Shown one piece after another: positions 29,787 through 38,888 of a stretch of 60,547 bases of DNA; positions within the stretch are counted from its first letter, which is position 1; every line of letters begins with the position of its first letter. A model generated the notes under the pieces. That model made no database searches, was not told the origin of the DNA, and saw nothing but the letters and a program-made list of their open reading frames with translations. The stretch is from Candidatus Methylomirabilota bacterium (lineage in GTDB: Bacteria; Methylomirabilota; Methylomirabilia; Rokubacteriales; DASRDR01). The position numbers were made by a program, and so were the translations under genes. The stretch is taken from NCBI GenBank assembly GCA_036257195.1, contig DATAFX010000031.1, forward strand, positions 1-60,547. The letters run 5' to 3'.

Positions 29787-30121
29787 TGCGCCATCCCCGC
29801 GTGCCGCGCGTGCTCGAGCATCTGGACGCCGTGGACCAGAGACGCCCCGCCCCGGATGGCCGAGGCCACGTGGACGGCTTCCGTCATCTGCTCGACGTCG
29901 GCGCCCTTCTCGAGGCACGCTCTCGTGTACGCGTCGATGCAGTAAGGGCACTGGACGGCGTGCGCCACCCCCAGCGCGATGAGCGCCTTCTCGCGCTCAC
30001 CGAGCGCGCCCTCGGCGAACACCGCGTTGTACCAGGCGAAGAATTTCTCGGCGAGCTCCGGGTTCCCCTGGGCGATGGTCCCGAACTTCCCGAGGTGCTC
30101 GGGCGCGTAGTAGCTCTCCAT
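29783..30121 (-). CDS. AhpD/carboxymuconolactone decarboxylase-fold CxxC protein (peroxidase-like partner of ArsS-type genes)
   Basis: 112 aa with ALIALGVAHAVQCPYCIDAY (CxxC). Confidence 0.8.
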
Positions 30122-30233
30122 CGATTGTCCCTCACGGCCTGCTCGCCACTCCGCGGTCGAGCGGGTGGGCGCCGGCCTCGGTCATTGAGATGCTGGCGGT
30201 GCGTGCGCCGACTCCGCGTCGACGGCCGGCGCG

Positions 30234-31754
30234 TCAGGATTCTCGCTCCGACTCGGCCGGTGGCCGCCAGGACGGGGGCGCCAGGCGGCGCCGTCCGTCG
30301 CTGGCCAGCCTGACTCCCGGGTCGCTCGGGTCGAGCTCCCGGTCCCACAGCTTACAGGTGACCTGCTTGTGCCGTTGGTCGAGACCCTCGCAGTAGTTCG
30401 TGAACTCGCAGCGACGGACGAGATGGCCGTAGCCGAGGCGGACCTTTCGGAACCAGTCCGGGTCGGCGAGGGTCTGGCGCGCGGCGGCCACGATGTCCGC
30501 CTCCTCACGGACGAGGATCCCCTCCGCCTGGTCGAAGGTCGAGACCCCGCCGCTCGTGACGACTGGGACCCGGTACCCCGATGCCCTGAGACGCGCCCGG
30601 ATGGCGGCCGCCAGTGGCACGTTTCGGCCGAACGGACCGCGCGCGTCCGAGATGACGGTGGGCATGCATTCGTATCCCGATTCCCCGGTGTAGGGGTAGA
30701 CCGCCTCCCCGATCTTGGGCTGCCGCGCATCCTCGAAGCGACCGCCCTTCGACACCGAGAGGTAGTCGGCGCCGCCTTCCGCGAAGCGAAGCCCGAACCA
30801 GACCGCGTCGTGGACGTCGTTGCCGCCCGCCACGACGTCGTGGCCCAGGTAGCGGATCCCCACCACGTAGTCGGCGCCGACGCGGCTCCGGACCGTGTGG
30901 AGCACCTCGAGGGGCAGCCGGGCCCGCTCCGGACGCGCCCCGCCGTAGCCGTCCGTCCGGCGATTCATTCGCGAGAGGAACGAGGCCATCGTGTACGCGT
31001 GGGCGTAGTGGAGCTCGACGCCGTCGAAGCCCGCCTCTCGCGCTCGCTCGGCGGCGTCGGCGAACAGGCCGGGCAGAACCCGTGGCAGGTCGCGCACGTG
31101 CGGCAGGTGCAGGTCGCCGATCCGCTCGCGGTATCCGTAGTCGAGCGATTCCAGCTCGCGCGCGGTGAGAACGGCCTCGACGAGGGCGCGATCGGCCTCG
31201 GCCAGTCGGGCGCGCACCAGGGCGTCCGGCGCCGCGCTCACGTCGTGCCAGTGCGCCTCGCCGAGCGCCTCGGCCAGGCGCCCCCGGAGATCGCTCCCGA
31301 TCTCGAGGTAGCGCGTGAAATACGTCCTCGGCTCCGGCCGGCGCCGGACCGCGATGAAGTCGAGGATCTGGATGAAGAGGCGCGTGTGCCCCTCGCTTCG
31401 CTCCCGCACGGCCTCGACCAGGCGGCGGAGCCCCGGAACGAAGCGGTCGCTCCCGATGCGGAGGAGCGGTCCGCTCGGTACGTCGCGGATGCCCGTTGCC
31501 TCCACCACCAGCACGCCGGGCTGTCCCTCGGCGAAGCGGGCGTACCACTCGAGCACCTCGGGCGTGACGTGTCCGTCCTCGGTCGCCCGCCAGGGGACCA
31601 TGGCCGGCACCCAGGTGCGGTCGGCCGCCTCGCAGCGGGGGCCCAGGCGGATCGGCGAGAACCAACGCGCCTGCCGAGCCTCCTCGCGGGTCGGCCACCG
31701 CGCCGGGAGGAGCGGGTGTCGGACACGGAGCCGGGACGGCGGCGCGACGGCCAC
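30234..31754 (-). CDS. Old Yellow Enzyme-like NADH:flavin oxidoreductase with internal insertion and C-terminal Cys motif
   Basis: GFDGVELHYAHAYTMASFLSRMNRRTDGYGG and ADIVAAARQTLADPDW. C-terminal CEFTNYCEGLDQRHKQVTC. Confidence 0.8.
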   Translation of the reverse strand: MAVAPPSRLRVRHPLLPARWPTREEARQARWFSPIRLGPRCEAADRTWVPAMVPWRATEDGHVTPEVLEWYARFAEGQPGVLVVEATGIRDVPSGPLLRIGSDRFVPGLRRLVEAVRERSEGHTRLFIQILDFIAVRRRPEPRTYFTRYLEIGSDLRGRLAEALGEAHWHDVSAAPDALVRARLAEADRALVEAVLTARELESLDYGYRERIGDLHLPHVRDLPRVLPGLFADAAERAREAGFDGVELHYAHAYTMASFLSRMNRRTDGYGGARPERARLPLEVLHTVRSRVGADYVVGIRYLGHDVVAGGNDVHDAVWFGLRFAEGGADYLSVSKGGRFEDARQPKIGEAVYPYTGESGYECMPTVISDARGPFGRNVPLAAAIRARLRASGYRVPVVTSGGVSTFDQAEGILVREEADIVAAARQTLADPDWFRKVRLGYGHLVRRCEFTNYCEGLDQRHKQVTCKLWDRELDPSDPGVRLASDGRRRLAPPSWRPPAESERES

Positions 31755-31836
31755 GGGGTCAGCTTACCCCGGGGCCGGACCGGGCAGCCACTCGCGCGCA
31801 TCGGTTGGTTGACCACGAAACGGCGCGGGTGCTACG

Positions 31837-33177
31837 GTGCGGCCTGTGCGCGTGAAATCGGCCCGCAGGGGACCACGGCCCGCGCGCTCCGACCGAGGCC
31901 GCCGCGGGCCGCGACGCTGGCCGGCCCTGATGGCCGGGGTCGCCGCGATTCTGACGGCCACCCTGGCCGGGGGCTGCGGACTCGGCATGAGCGCGAAGCC
32001 GGGGGACGAGACGAAGGCGCCGCCCGATTCCCCCGTCGCCGTTCGCCAGGAAATGGATCTCCTCCGAGCCGATCTCGCCGAGATCCGCACGCGCGTGGAG
32101 GGGGTGCAGCGTGCCAACACCGAGCACGCGGACCGCGTCGCGAAGGAGACCCGTGCGGAGTTCGATGCCGTCCAGAAGGCGATGGAGGCATCGTCTCGAC
32201 ACGACCTCCAGCGCCAGGTCGAGGTGCTCGACGCCCAATCCCGGCGCATCGACCTCTTGGAGCGCCGCACCGCCGAGCTGGGTCAGGCGCTGCGCCGAGT
32301 CGAGCTGAGCTTGACCGGACTCGAGAACCAGCTGACCCGGGTTCTCGACTCCGCGGCCACGCCGTCGCCGGCGGCCCGGGGTGGCGCGCCCGCGCGACCT
32401 CCGGCCGCGTCAGCAGGGCCGCGTGCCGTCGAAGAGCCCTCGCCGGCGGCGCCCCCGCCGGAAAGTTCCATGTCCGGCGCCGCGGCAGGGGCCGGTCTCA
32501 CGCCGCCCGCGATGCTCGGGCCTTCGCGGAACGCCAAGAGTCCGGCGGCGCCGGCGTTGCCGAAGGCGGAACCCTCGGGCCAGCCACGCGCGGACGCCGC
32601 GCCGACGGCGACGCCGCGGACCGACGCGCCTCGCGAGGCGAAAGCCGCGCCGCCGGGCCGACCGGCGCCGGACGACGTCGCGCGGGTGGCGAAGGCGGCT
32701 CCGCCCGCCGAGGCCAAGCCGACCGCCCCGGAGCCCTCGGCGGGAGCGACGCCGCCGCGCTCCGTCAAGCCCAGCGCGTCCGCGGCGGGGCCCGCGACGG
32801 GCTCACCGTCCGCTCGCGGCCTCTTCGACCGCGCGATGGAGAGCTGGAACAAGGGAGAGCACGGGCAGGCCGTGCTCGACTTCGAGGAGCTCGTCCAGAA
32901 GTTCCCGTCGGACCCGCTCGCGGCGTCGGCCCAGTTCCGGATCGGTGAGGCGTACTATGCCGCGCGCGACTTTGAGCGCGCAGCGCTAGAGTATCGGAAG
33001 GCCGTCGAGCTCGCCCCGAAGAGCAAGGACACGCCCCAGGCTCTCCTCCGCCTCGGCCTCGCGTATCGCGCCCAGAAGCGGGAGTCCGACGCGCGGCAGG
33101 TCTGGAACCAGCTCGTCCGCGATTTCCCGGAGAGCGACGCCACCGAGGAGGCGCGCCGCGCCTTGCGTGGGCGCTGA
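31837..33177 (+). CDS. YbgF/CpoB-like protein: signal/lipobox, coiled coil, ~200-aa Pro/Ala-rich linker, C-terminal TPR domain
   Basis: LTATLAGGC lipobox-like. Coiled-coil segment (LERRTAELGQALRRVELSLTGLENQL). C-terminal FDRAMESWNKGEHGQAVLDFEELVQKFPSDPLAASAQFRIGEAYY... The start is uncertain (GTG 31837, 31846 or 31852, or ATG 31930). Confidence 0.65.
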   Translation: MRPVRVKSARRGPRPARSDRGRRGPRRWPALMAGVAAILTATLAGGCGLGMSAKPGDETKAPPDSPVAVRQEMDLLRADLAEIRTRVEGVQRANTEHADRVAKETRAEFDAVQKAMEASSRHDLQRQVEVLDAQSRRIDLLERRTAELGQALRRVELSLTGLENQLTRVLDSAATPSPAARGGAPARPPAASAGPRAVEEPSPAAPPPESSMSGAAAGAGLTPPAMLGPSRNAKSPAAPALPKAEPSGQPRADAAPTATPRTDAPREAKAAPPGRPAPDDVARVAKAAPPAEAKPTAPEPSAGATPPRSVKPSASAAGPATGSPSARGLFDRAMESWNKGEHGQAVLDFEELVQKFPSDPLAASAQFRIGEAYYAARDFERAALEYRKAVELAPKSKDTPQALLRLGLAYRAQKRESDARQVWNQLVRDFPESDATEEARRALRGR

Positions 33178-33219
33178 CCGTCTGGCCGAGACGCGTCAAC
33201 CAGGTCCTCGACCAGTTCA

Positions 33220-34134
33220 ATGGAGTCGGCTGACGACGTTCGAGCGAGTCTCGCCGTGGCCTCCCTCGGTGACCTTCGCCCGCACGAGGCCACGGCCCCG
33301 GAGGGGGAGTCCCAGGTGGCGGACCTCCTCGGGGCGGCGCGCGTCCTGTCGTGGCCGCTCGTCGTCGATGCCGCGTCCGGGCTGATTCTCGACGGCAGCC
33401 ACCGCGCCGTCGTCCTCGCGCGCGACTTCGGCGCGCGCTTCGCCGTGGTCCAGCGGGTGGTCCTCGACGCTCCCGACGTGCGGATCGAGACCTGGTGCCG
33501 GGTGATCGAGGACGTGCCAGGGCCGGCGTTCGACGAGGCGCGCCGGGCGCTCGGACTCGAGGCGGGCGCGCACGGGGGGCTCCGCTGTCACTACGGCGGC
33601 CGCGTCTACGCCCGGGCCGGGTCGGCTTCACCGGAGGCGTACCACCTGCTGGGCGAGCTGGAGCGGCTGCTCGCGTCGAACGGCCGCCCGCGCCGGGCGC
33701 GGGTCGTCGAGGATGAGGCGGCCGCGCCATGGCTGGACGCGGCGGGCGCGGTCGTGCTGCGCCCGCCCGTGCTGGACAAGGCCGCCTTGCGGGAGCGGGC
33801 CCTCGGCGCGCTCCTGCCGCCCAAGTCGACGCGCTTTCTCCTGCCATACCGCGTGCTCGGGCTTCACGTCCCCCTGGCGACCCTCGGCGGTCCGCCGGCC
33901 GCGCTCGTCGCCCAGCTGGAGCGTGAGCGGGCGCAGCCGCTCGTGTGTCTCGGCGACGGGCTCGCCGTCGATCGGCGCTATCCCGAGCGGCTCTGGCAGT
34001 TCGCCGACCACCGCATCCCTGATCGGCTCTTCGCCGACGAGGCGGGACGCCGCGCGTACAAGGACGCGCTCGCGCGGGCGGCCGTCGCGACCGCCTCCGA
34101 GCCCCGCCAACCTCGCCCACGCTCCCCACGCTGA
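33220..34134 (+). CDS. ParB/Srx-fold protein, SerK/SbnI-like (putative free L-serine kinase)
   Basis: LRPHE ... [21 protein letters not shown] ... [16 protein letters not shown] ... [20 protein letters not shown] matches my recollection of the SerK/SbnI pattern. Not database-verified. Confidence 0.55.
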   Translation: MESADDVRASLAVASLGDLRPHEATAPEGESQVADLLGAARVLSWPLVVDAASGLILDGSHRAVVLARDFGARFAVVQRVVLDAPDVRIETWCRVIEDVPGPAFDEARRALGLEAGAHGGLRCHYGGRVYARAGSASPEAYHLLGELERLLASNGRPRRARVVEDEAAAPWLDAAGAVVLRPPVLDKAALRERALGALLPPKSTRFLLPYRVLGLHVPLATLGGPPAALVAQLERERAQPLVCLGDGLAVDRRYPERLWQFADHRIPDRLFADEAGRRAYKDALARAAVATASEPRQPRPRSPR

Positions 34135-34145
34135 AGGAGGCTCCC

Positions 34146-35510
34146 GTGGCCCAGACCAAGTTCCTGCTCGACGAGAAGGACCTGCCGAGTCGCTGGTACA
34201 ACATCCAGGCGGACCTGCCCGCGCCGCTCCCGCCGGTGATCCACCCGGGCACGCTCCAGCCGATCGGGCCCCAGGACCTGGCGCCCCTGTTCCCGATGGA
34301 GATCATCAAGCAGGAGGTCAGCCAGGAGCGCTGGATCGACATCCCCGAGCCCGTGCGCGACGTCTACCGGCTCTGGCGGCCGACGCCGCTCTACCGCGCC
34401 CATAGGCTCGAGAAGGCGCTCGGCACGCCCGCGCGGATCTACTACAAGTGGGAGGGCGTCTCCCCGGCGGGCAGCCACAAGCCGAACACCGCGGTCGCCC
34501 AGGCCTACTACAACCACCAGGAGGGCGTCCGGCGGATCACGACGGAGACGGGCGCGGGGCAGTGGGGCTCGGCCCTCTCCTTCGCGTGCCAGCTGTTCGG
34601 CATCGAGTGCAAGGTCTACATGGTCCGCGTCTCTTACGATCAGAAGCCGTACCGCCGGATCATGATGGAGGCCTGGGGCGGCAAGGTGGTGGCGAGCCCG
34701 TCGCCGGACACGGCTGCCGGCCGCGCGGTGCTCGCAAAGGACCCCCAGTCGCCGGGGAGCCTCGGCATCGCGATCTCGGAGGCGGTGGAGGACGCCGCCC
34801 AGCGCGACGACACGAAATACTCGCTCGGCTCGGTGCTGAACCACGTGCTGACTCACCAGACGGTCATCGGGCTCGAGGCGCAGCGCCAGCTCGAGATGGC
34901 CGGCGACCGCCCGGACATCCTCGTCGGTTGCATCGGAGGCGGCTCGAACTTCGGCGGCTTCACGTTCCCGTTCCTCCAGGACAAGCTCAGTGGAAAGCGG
35001 AAGAATCTCCGCGTCATCGCCGTCGAGCCCCAGGCGGCGCCCAGCCTCACCCGGGGGGAGTACGTCTACGACTTCGGTGACACCGGGCAGATGACGCCGC
35101 TGGTCAAGATGTACACGCTCGGTCACTCCTTCATCCCGGCGCCGATCCACGCCGGCGGGCTCCGGTATCACGGGATGGCGCCCCTCGTCTGCGCCCTCTA
35201 CGACGGGAAGGTGATCGAGGCGGTGGCGGTCCACCAGAACCCGACCTTCGAGGCGGCGCTCACGTTCGCCCGGACCGAGGGCGTGCTGCCGGCGCCCGAG
35301 GCCGCCCACGCCATCCGCGTCGTCATCGACGAGGCGCTGCGCTGCAAGGCCTCCGGGGAGCGGAAGGTGATCGCGTTCAACCTGTGCGGTCACGGCCACT
35401 TCGACCTGTCGGCGTACGAGCGCCACATGGCGGGCAAGCTCGAGGACTTCGAGTACCCGGCGGAGAAGGTGAAGGCGGCGCTGGCCGGGCTGCCGAAGGT
35501 CAAGGTGTGA
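34146..35510 (+). CDS. trpB2: TrpB-like PLP-dependent enzyme, TrpB2 class
   Basis: [79 protein letters not shown] lies upstream of GTG 34146, 11 nt after the preceding gene. Confidence 0.9.
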   Translation: MAQTKFLLDEKDLPSRWYNIQADLPAPLPPVIHPGTLQPIGPQDLAPLFPMEIIKQEVSQERWIDIPEPVRDVYRLWRPTPLYRAHRLEKALGTPARIYYKWEGVSPAGSHKPNTAVAQAYYNHQEGVRRITTETGAGQWGSALSFACQLFGIECKVYMVRVSYDQKPYRRIMMEAWGGKVVASPSPDTAAGRAVLAKDPQSPGSLGIAISEAVEDAAQRDDTKYSLGSVLNHVLTHQTVIGLEAQRQLEMAGDRPDILVGCIGGGSNFGGFTFPFLQDKLSGKRKNLRVIAVEPQAAPSLTRGEYVYDFGDTGQMTPLVKMYTLGHSFIPAPIHAGGLRYHGMAPLVCALYDGKVIEAVAVHQNPTFEAALTFARTEGVLPAPEAAHAIRVVIDEALRCKASGERKVIAFNLCGHGHFDLSAYERHMAGKLEDFEYPAEKVKAALAGLPKVKV

Positions 35511-35550
35511 GATCCGCGTAGTCCGGGGTCGGCTCCTGGTGTAGGTTCGA

Positions 35551-35569
35551 GTCCCCGCCTCACGGGGAC
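35551..35569 (+). terminator. GC-rich hairpin downstream of trpB2 (7-bp stem, 5-nt loop, no U-tract)
   Basis: GTCCCCG-CCTCA-CGGGGAC. Confidence 0.3.
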
Positions 35570-35593
35570 CTGGCCGCTCGGACTGGAGGCAGC

Positions 35594-36588
35594 ATGCTGA
35601 CCGATATGCTGTGGCGGCCATCACCCTCGCGGTCTTCAGCGCCCCGCTGGCTGTCGAGCCTCAGTCGCCCCCGAAGCCAGGCCGGCTTGGCCTCCTCTAC
35701 GACAGCACCCCGGCATTCGCCCCGGACACCGACTTCATCGATGGCGCCATCGCGGAAGGGCTGCGCAATCAGGGCTACGTCGTGGGCCAGAACCTCGTGG
35801 TCGAGTTCCGGAGCGCACTGACCAGGCAGGATCGCTATCCTACTCTGGCGGCCGAGCTGGTCAGGGCGGGCGTCGATGTCATCGTCACGGGAACCGAGCC
35901 TGGGGTGAGGGCGGCCCGGGACGCGAGCCGCACGATCCCGATCGTGATGGCCGGTGCCTCCATCGACCCCGTGGCTGCGGGCCTCATCGCCAGCCTGGCG
36001 CCCGGGTGGCAACATCACCGGCGTTACTTTGGGGGACCTCGCCGCCAAGCGCCTGGAACTGCTCGAGAGACGCTTCCGGGGCTCCGGTCGGTCGCCGCCG
36101 TCCACGGGGATCCCAATGTCCCGTTCGTCGCCCAGTGGCTCCACGCCACCGAGGCGGCGGCCCGCCGGCTCGGGTTGACCCTCCATCCTGTTCTGTTCCT
36201 TGGCCAGGATGCTGGGCACTGGGACCAGGTGTTCGCTAGCGTGGCGCGACGTCCGGTCGGCGCGGTCACGATCCACGAGGCCCCCCGCTTCGAGATGCAC
36301 CATCAGGTCTTGGCGGACCTGGCGTTGAAGCATCGACTCCCGATGGTCTTCACCTTCCGGAACCAGGCCGAGGCGGGAGGCTTGATGGCCTACTCGGCCG
36401 ATGAACCGGAGATCTGGCGCCGCGCAGGCAACCTCGTGGCTAGGATCCTCAAGGGCGCTCGACCGGCGGATCTCCCTGTCGAGGAGCCGACCCTATACCA
36501 GTTCGCGGTCAACCTCCGGACCGCGAAGGCCCTCGGGCTCACGATCCCGCCGTCGGTGCTCGCCCGAGCGACCGAGCTCATCCAGTGA
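35594..36588 (+). pseudogene. ABC-transporter substrate-binding protein (ABC_sub_bind type) with internal compensating frameshifts and a damaged 5' end
   Basis: The body (frame of 35611) is paralogous to 51111-52094. The conserved RPGGNITGVTLGDLAAKRLELL block is encoded in the +1 frame between about 36000 and 36066. The SD plus ATG at 35594 is in a third frame relationship to the body. Confidence 0.5.
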
Positions 36589-36619
36589 CGGGGCGAACCG
36601 ATCTGGCTGTTCTAGCCTC

Positions 36620-36913
36620 ATGAAAACCGTCACAATCACCGAGGCGAAGAACCAGATCAGCGCCCTGATCGATCTGGTGCGGCACGGCGAGACCGTGGTG
36701 ATCACGGACCGTGGGCGTCTCGTGGCGCGCCTCGAGTCGGTCGGGACGGACCCTTCGGCGGACCCGGCTGGCCGGCTTGCCCGCCTGGAGCGTCGCGGGC
36801 TGCTCAAGCGCGCGGCGGCGTCGCCCTCCAAGGCACTGCGGCCATTGTCCCGGACGCGCAGGGCCACGGGTGCTCTCGACCTCCTGCTCGAGGAGCGACG
36901 ATCGGGGCGGTGA
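36620..36913 (+). CDS. Phd/YefM-type antitoxin (apparently orphaned)
   Basis: MKTVTITEAKNQISALIDLVRHGETVVITDRGRLVARL. Confidence 0.75.
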   Translation: MKTVTITEAKNQISALIDLVRHGETVVITDRGRLVARLESVGTDPSADPAGRLARLERRGLLKRAAASPSKALRPLSRTRRATGALDLLLEERRSGR

Positions 36914-37041
36914 GGTTCTGGGGCAACTCCGCGGTCGTGCCGCTCCTGGCCACAGACCGGTCGGCGCCGTGGTCGACCGGGACCGGGGTGGCGCGGACGA
37001 GATCGGAGCGTCACAGCCCACCCTGCCTCGGTGGCCCTTGA
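36910..37041 (+). pseudogene. truncated VapC-like (PIN) toxin remnant
   Basis: GTG overlaps the antitoxin stop (GTGA). VRFWGNSAVVPLLATD resembles the start of VapC toxins paired with Phd-type antitoxins. The ORF stops after 43 codons, inside the -35 of the next cassette. Confidence 0.4.
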
Positions 37042-37073
37042 CGACCGCTCCTTGATGCCATATACATATGGCA
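37038..37073 (+). promoter_or_regulatory. sigma70-like promoter (TTGACG-17 nt-TATACA) overlapped by an AT-rich palindrome TGCCATAT-AC-ATATGGCA; likely operator for the RHH antitoxin
   Basis: -35 at 37038-37043, -10 at 37061-37066, palindrome at 37056-37073 ending in the ATG. No SD is present, which implies a leaderless transcript. Confidence 0.45.
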
Positions 37074-37312
37074 TGACCAAGGTGACCCGGACGACGGTGT
37101 ACCTCGACCGCGCCGACTACGAGCGGCTCAAGGTCATGGCCCGGGCGCGCCGCCGGCCGCCGGCCGCGCTGATCCGCGAGGCGGTGGCGGAGTACGCGCG
37201 CCGGCACGGCGGGCGCCGCCTTCCGAAGAGCGTGGGGGTCGGGCGGAGCGGGCGAGGGGACCTGAGCGAGCGGGCGGAGGAGCTGTTGGCGGGGATGGGC
37301 CGCTCCTCGTGA
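37073..37312 (+). CDS. vapB: ribbon-helix-helix (CopG/VapB-type) antitoxin
   Basis: MTKVTRTTVYLDRADYERLKVMARARRRPPAALIREAVAEYA. Confidence 0.75.
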   Translation: MTKVTRTTVYLDRADYERLKVMARARRRPPAALIREAVAEYARRHGGRRLPKSVGVGRSGRGDLSERAEELLAGMGRSS

Positions 37313-37722
37313 TCGTCGCCGACACGGGTGCGGTGCTCGCCCTGATCGATGCCGACGACGGTCATCACGAGACCCTCACCGCCGCGTTCCGCGAGGACCC
37401 CTCGTCCTGGGTCGTGCCCTGGGCCGTCTTGCCCGAGGTGGACTACCTCTTGGGGGCGCACCTGGGCTCGCGTGCCCAGGACGCGTTCCTCTCCGACCTG
37501 GGTCGCGGGGAATGGGTGGTGGACTGGGGCGGAGAGGCGGACCTCCGGCGGGCGAACGAGATCGCGACACGCTACCGGACGCTGCGTCTCGGGCTGGTCG
37601 ACGCCGCGGTCATCGCAGCGGCCGAGCGGCTGCGGGCTTCGGCGATCGCCACGCTGGATCTCCGGCACTTCGGCGCCGTCGCGATCCGGGGGCGCCCGCG
37701 TCTGATCCCACGCGATCTCTGA
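37309..37722 (+). CDS. vapC: PIN-domain toxin VapC
   Basis: VIVADTGAVLALIDADD ... LPEVDYLL ... GLVDAAVIAAAERL ... TLDLRHF. GTGA overlap with the antitoxin gene. Confidence 0.85.
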   Translation: MIVADTGAVLALIDADDGHHETLTAAFREDPSSWVVPWAVLPEVDYLLGAHLGSRAQDAFLSDLGRGEWVVDWGGEADLRRANEIATRYRTLRLGLVDAAVIAAAERLRASAIATLDLRHFGAVAIRGRPRLIPRDL

Positions 37723-37729
37723 GCAGGGC

Positions 37730-38884
37730 ATGGACTTCCGGCTGAGCGCCGAGCAGGAGGAGTTCCGGCGGGCGGTCGCCCGCTTCGTGGACGCCGAGGT
37801 CGCGCCGGCTGCCCGCGCGATCGACGAAGCGGGCGAGTTCCCGCGGGCGCTGTTCCGGCGCCTCGCCGAGCAAGGGTACCTGGCGCTCCGCTACCCGGAA
37901 GCCTACGGCGGGTCGGACGCGGACTTCGTGACCTACTGCCTGTTCGCCGAGGAGCTGGCCCGGGGCTCCATGTCCCTCGCGGCGCTCGCCGCGATGCAGA
38001 GCCTGATGGGCACCCACTTCGTCTGGAAGTACGGGAGCGAGGACCTTCGCCAGCGCTACCTCGTCCCGGCGCTCCGCGGCGAGAAGGTCGCCACGTTCGC
38101 CCTCACCGAGCCGAACGCGGGCTCGGACATCGGCAACGTGGCCACGTCGGCCGAGCGCGTCGAGGGGGGCTGGCGCCTCAAGGGCACCAAGACGTGGGTC
38201 ACCAACGCGCCCGTCGCCGACATGCTGACCGTCTGCGCCAAGACGTCCCGCGAGCGGGGGATGAAGCACATCGCCCTGTTCCTGGTCGACCGGCAGTTCC
38301 CCGGCGTGACCCTGGGGAAGCGGATCGACAAGCTCGGGGTCCGGGCGTCGGCGACGGGGGAGATCATCCTGGACGACGTGCTGGTCCCCGACGAGCACCT
38401 CCTGGGCGGCGAGACCGGCGGCGTCGAGAAGGTCGGCGGGATCCTCTCCGAGATCCGGGTGATGACCGGGGCCCTGTCGGTGGGGCTCGGCCGGGCCGCG
38501 TACGAGGCGGCGCTTCGGTACTCGAAGGAGCGCGTGACGTTCGGCAAGCCCATCGGAGAGCACCAGGCGGTGACCTTCAAGCTCGCCGACATGCTGACGC
38601 AGCTTCACGCGGCGAGCCTCCTCGTCTATCACGCCGCGTGGTGCGTCGATCAGGGCAGGCCGGTCACCCGGGAGGCGGCGATGACCAAGCTCTTCGCCTC
38701 CGAGGCCGCGAACCGGATCTGCGACGAGGCCTCGCGGATCTTCGCGTCCTACTCCTTCGCGACCGAGTACCCCGTCGAGCGCTACTTCCGGGACGCCCGC
38801 TTCCTCCTCTGGGGCGGGGGGACGAGCGAGATCCTGCGCGTCATCATCGGGCGCGACCTGGACCGCCCGCCGTCACTCGGATAG
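37730..38884 (+). CDS. acyl-CoA dehydrogenase
   Basis: MDFRLSAEQEEFR..., LTEPNAGSDIGNV, RIFASYSFATEYPVERYFRDARFLLWGGGTSEI. Confidence 0.9.
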   Translation: MDFRLSAEQEEFRRAVARFVDAEVAPAARAIDEAGEFPRALFRRLAEQGYLALRYPEAYGGSDADFVTYCLFAEELARGSMSLAALAAMQSLMGTHFVWKYGSEDLRQRYLVPALRGEKVATFALTEPNAGSDIGNVATSAERVEGGWRLKGTKTWVTNAPVADMLTVCAKTSRERGMKHIALFLVDRQFPGVTLGKRIDKLGVRASATGEIILDDVLVPDEHLLGGETGGVEKVGGILSEIRVMTGALSVGLGRAAYEAALRYSKERVTFGKPIGEHQAVTFKLADMLTQLHAASLLVYHAAWCVDQGRPVTREAAMTKLFASEAANRICDEASRIFASYSFATEYPVERYFRDARFLLWGGGTSEILRVIIGRDLDRPPSLG

Positions 38885-38888
38885 CCCG

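Noticed and set aside
35541-35570. GGTTCGAGTCC, a tRNA T-loop-like string just after trpB2. It could have been a tRNA or a tRNA fragment marking an integration site.
   Set aside because: The flanking bases cannot form a T-stem (GTAGG versus CCCCG pairs only 2 of 5). No acceptor or D-arm can be built. The adjacent 7-bp hairpin explains the sequence better.
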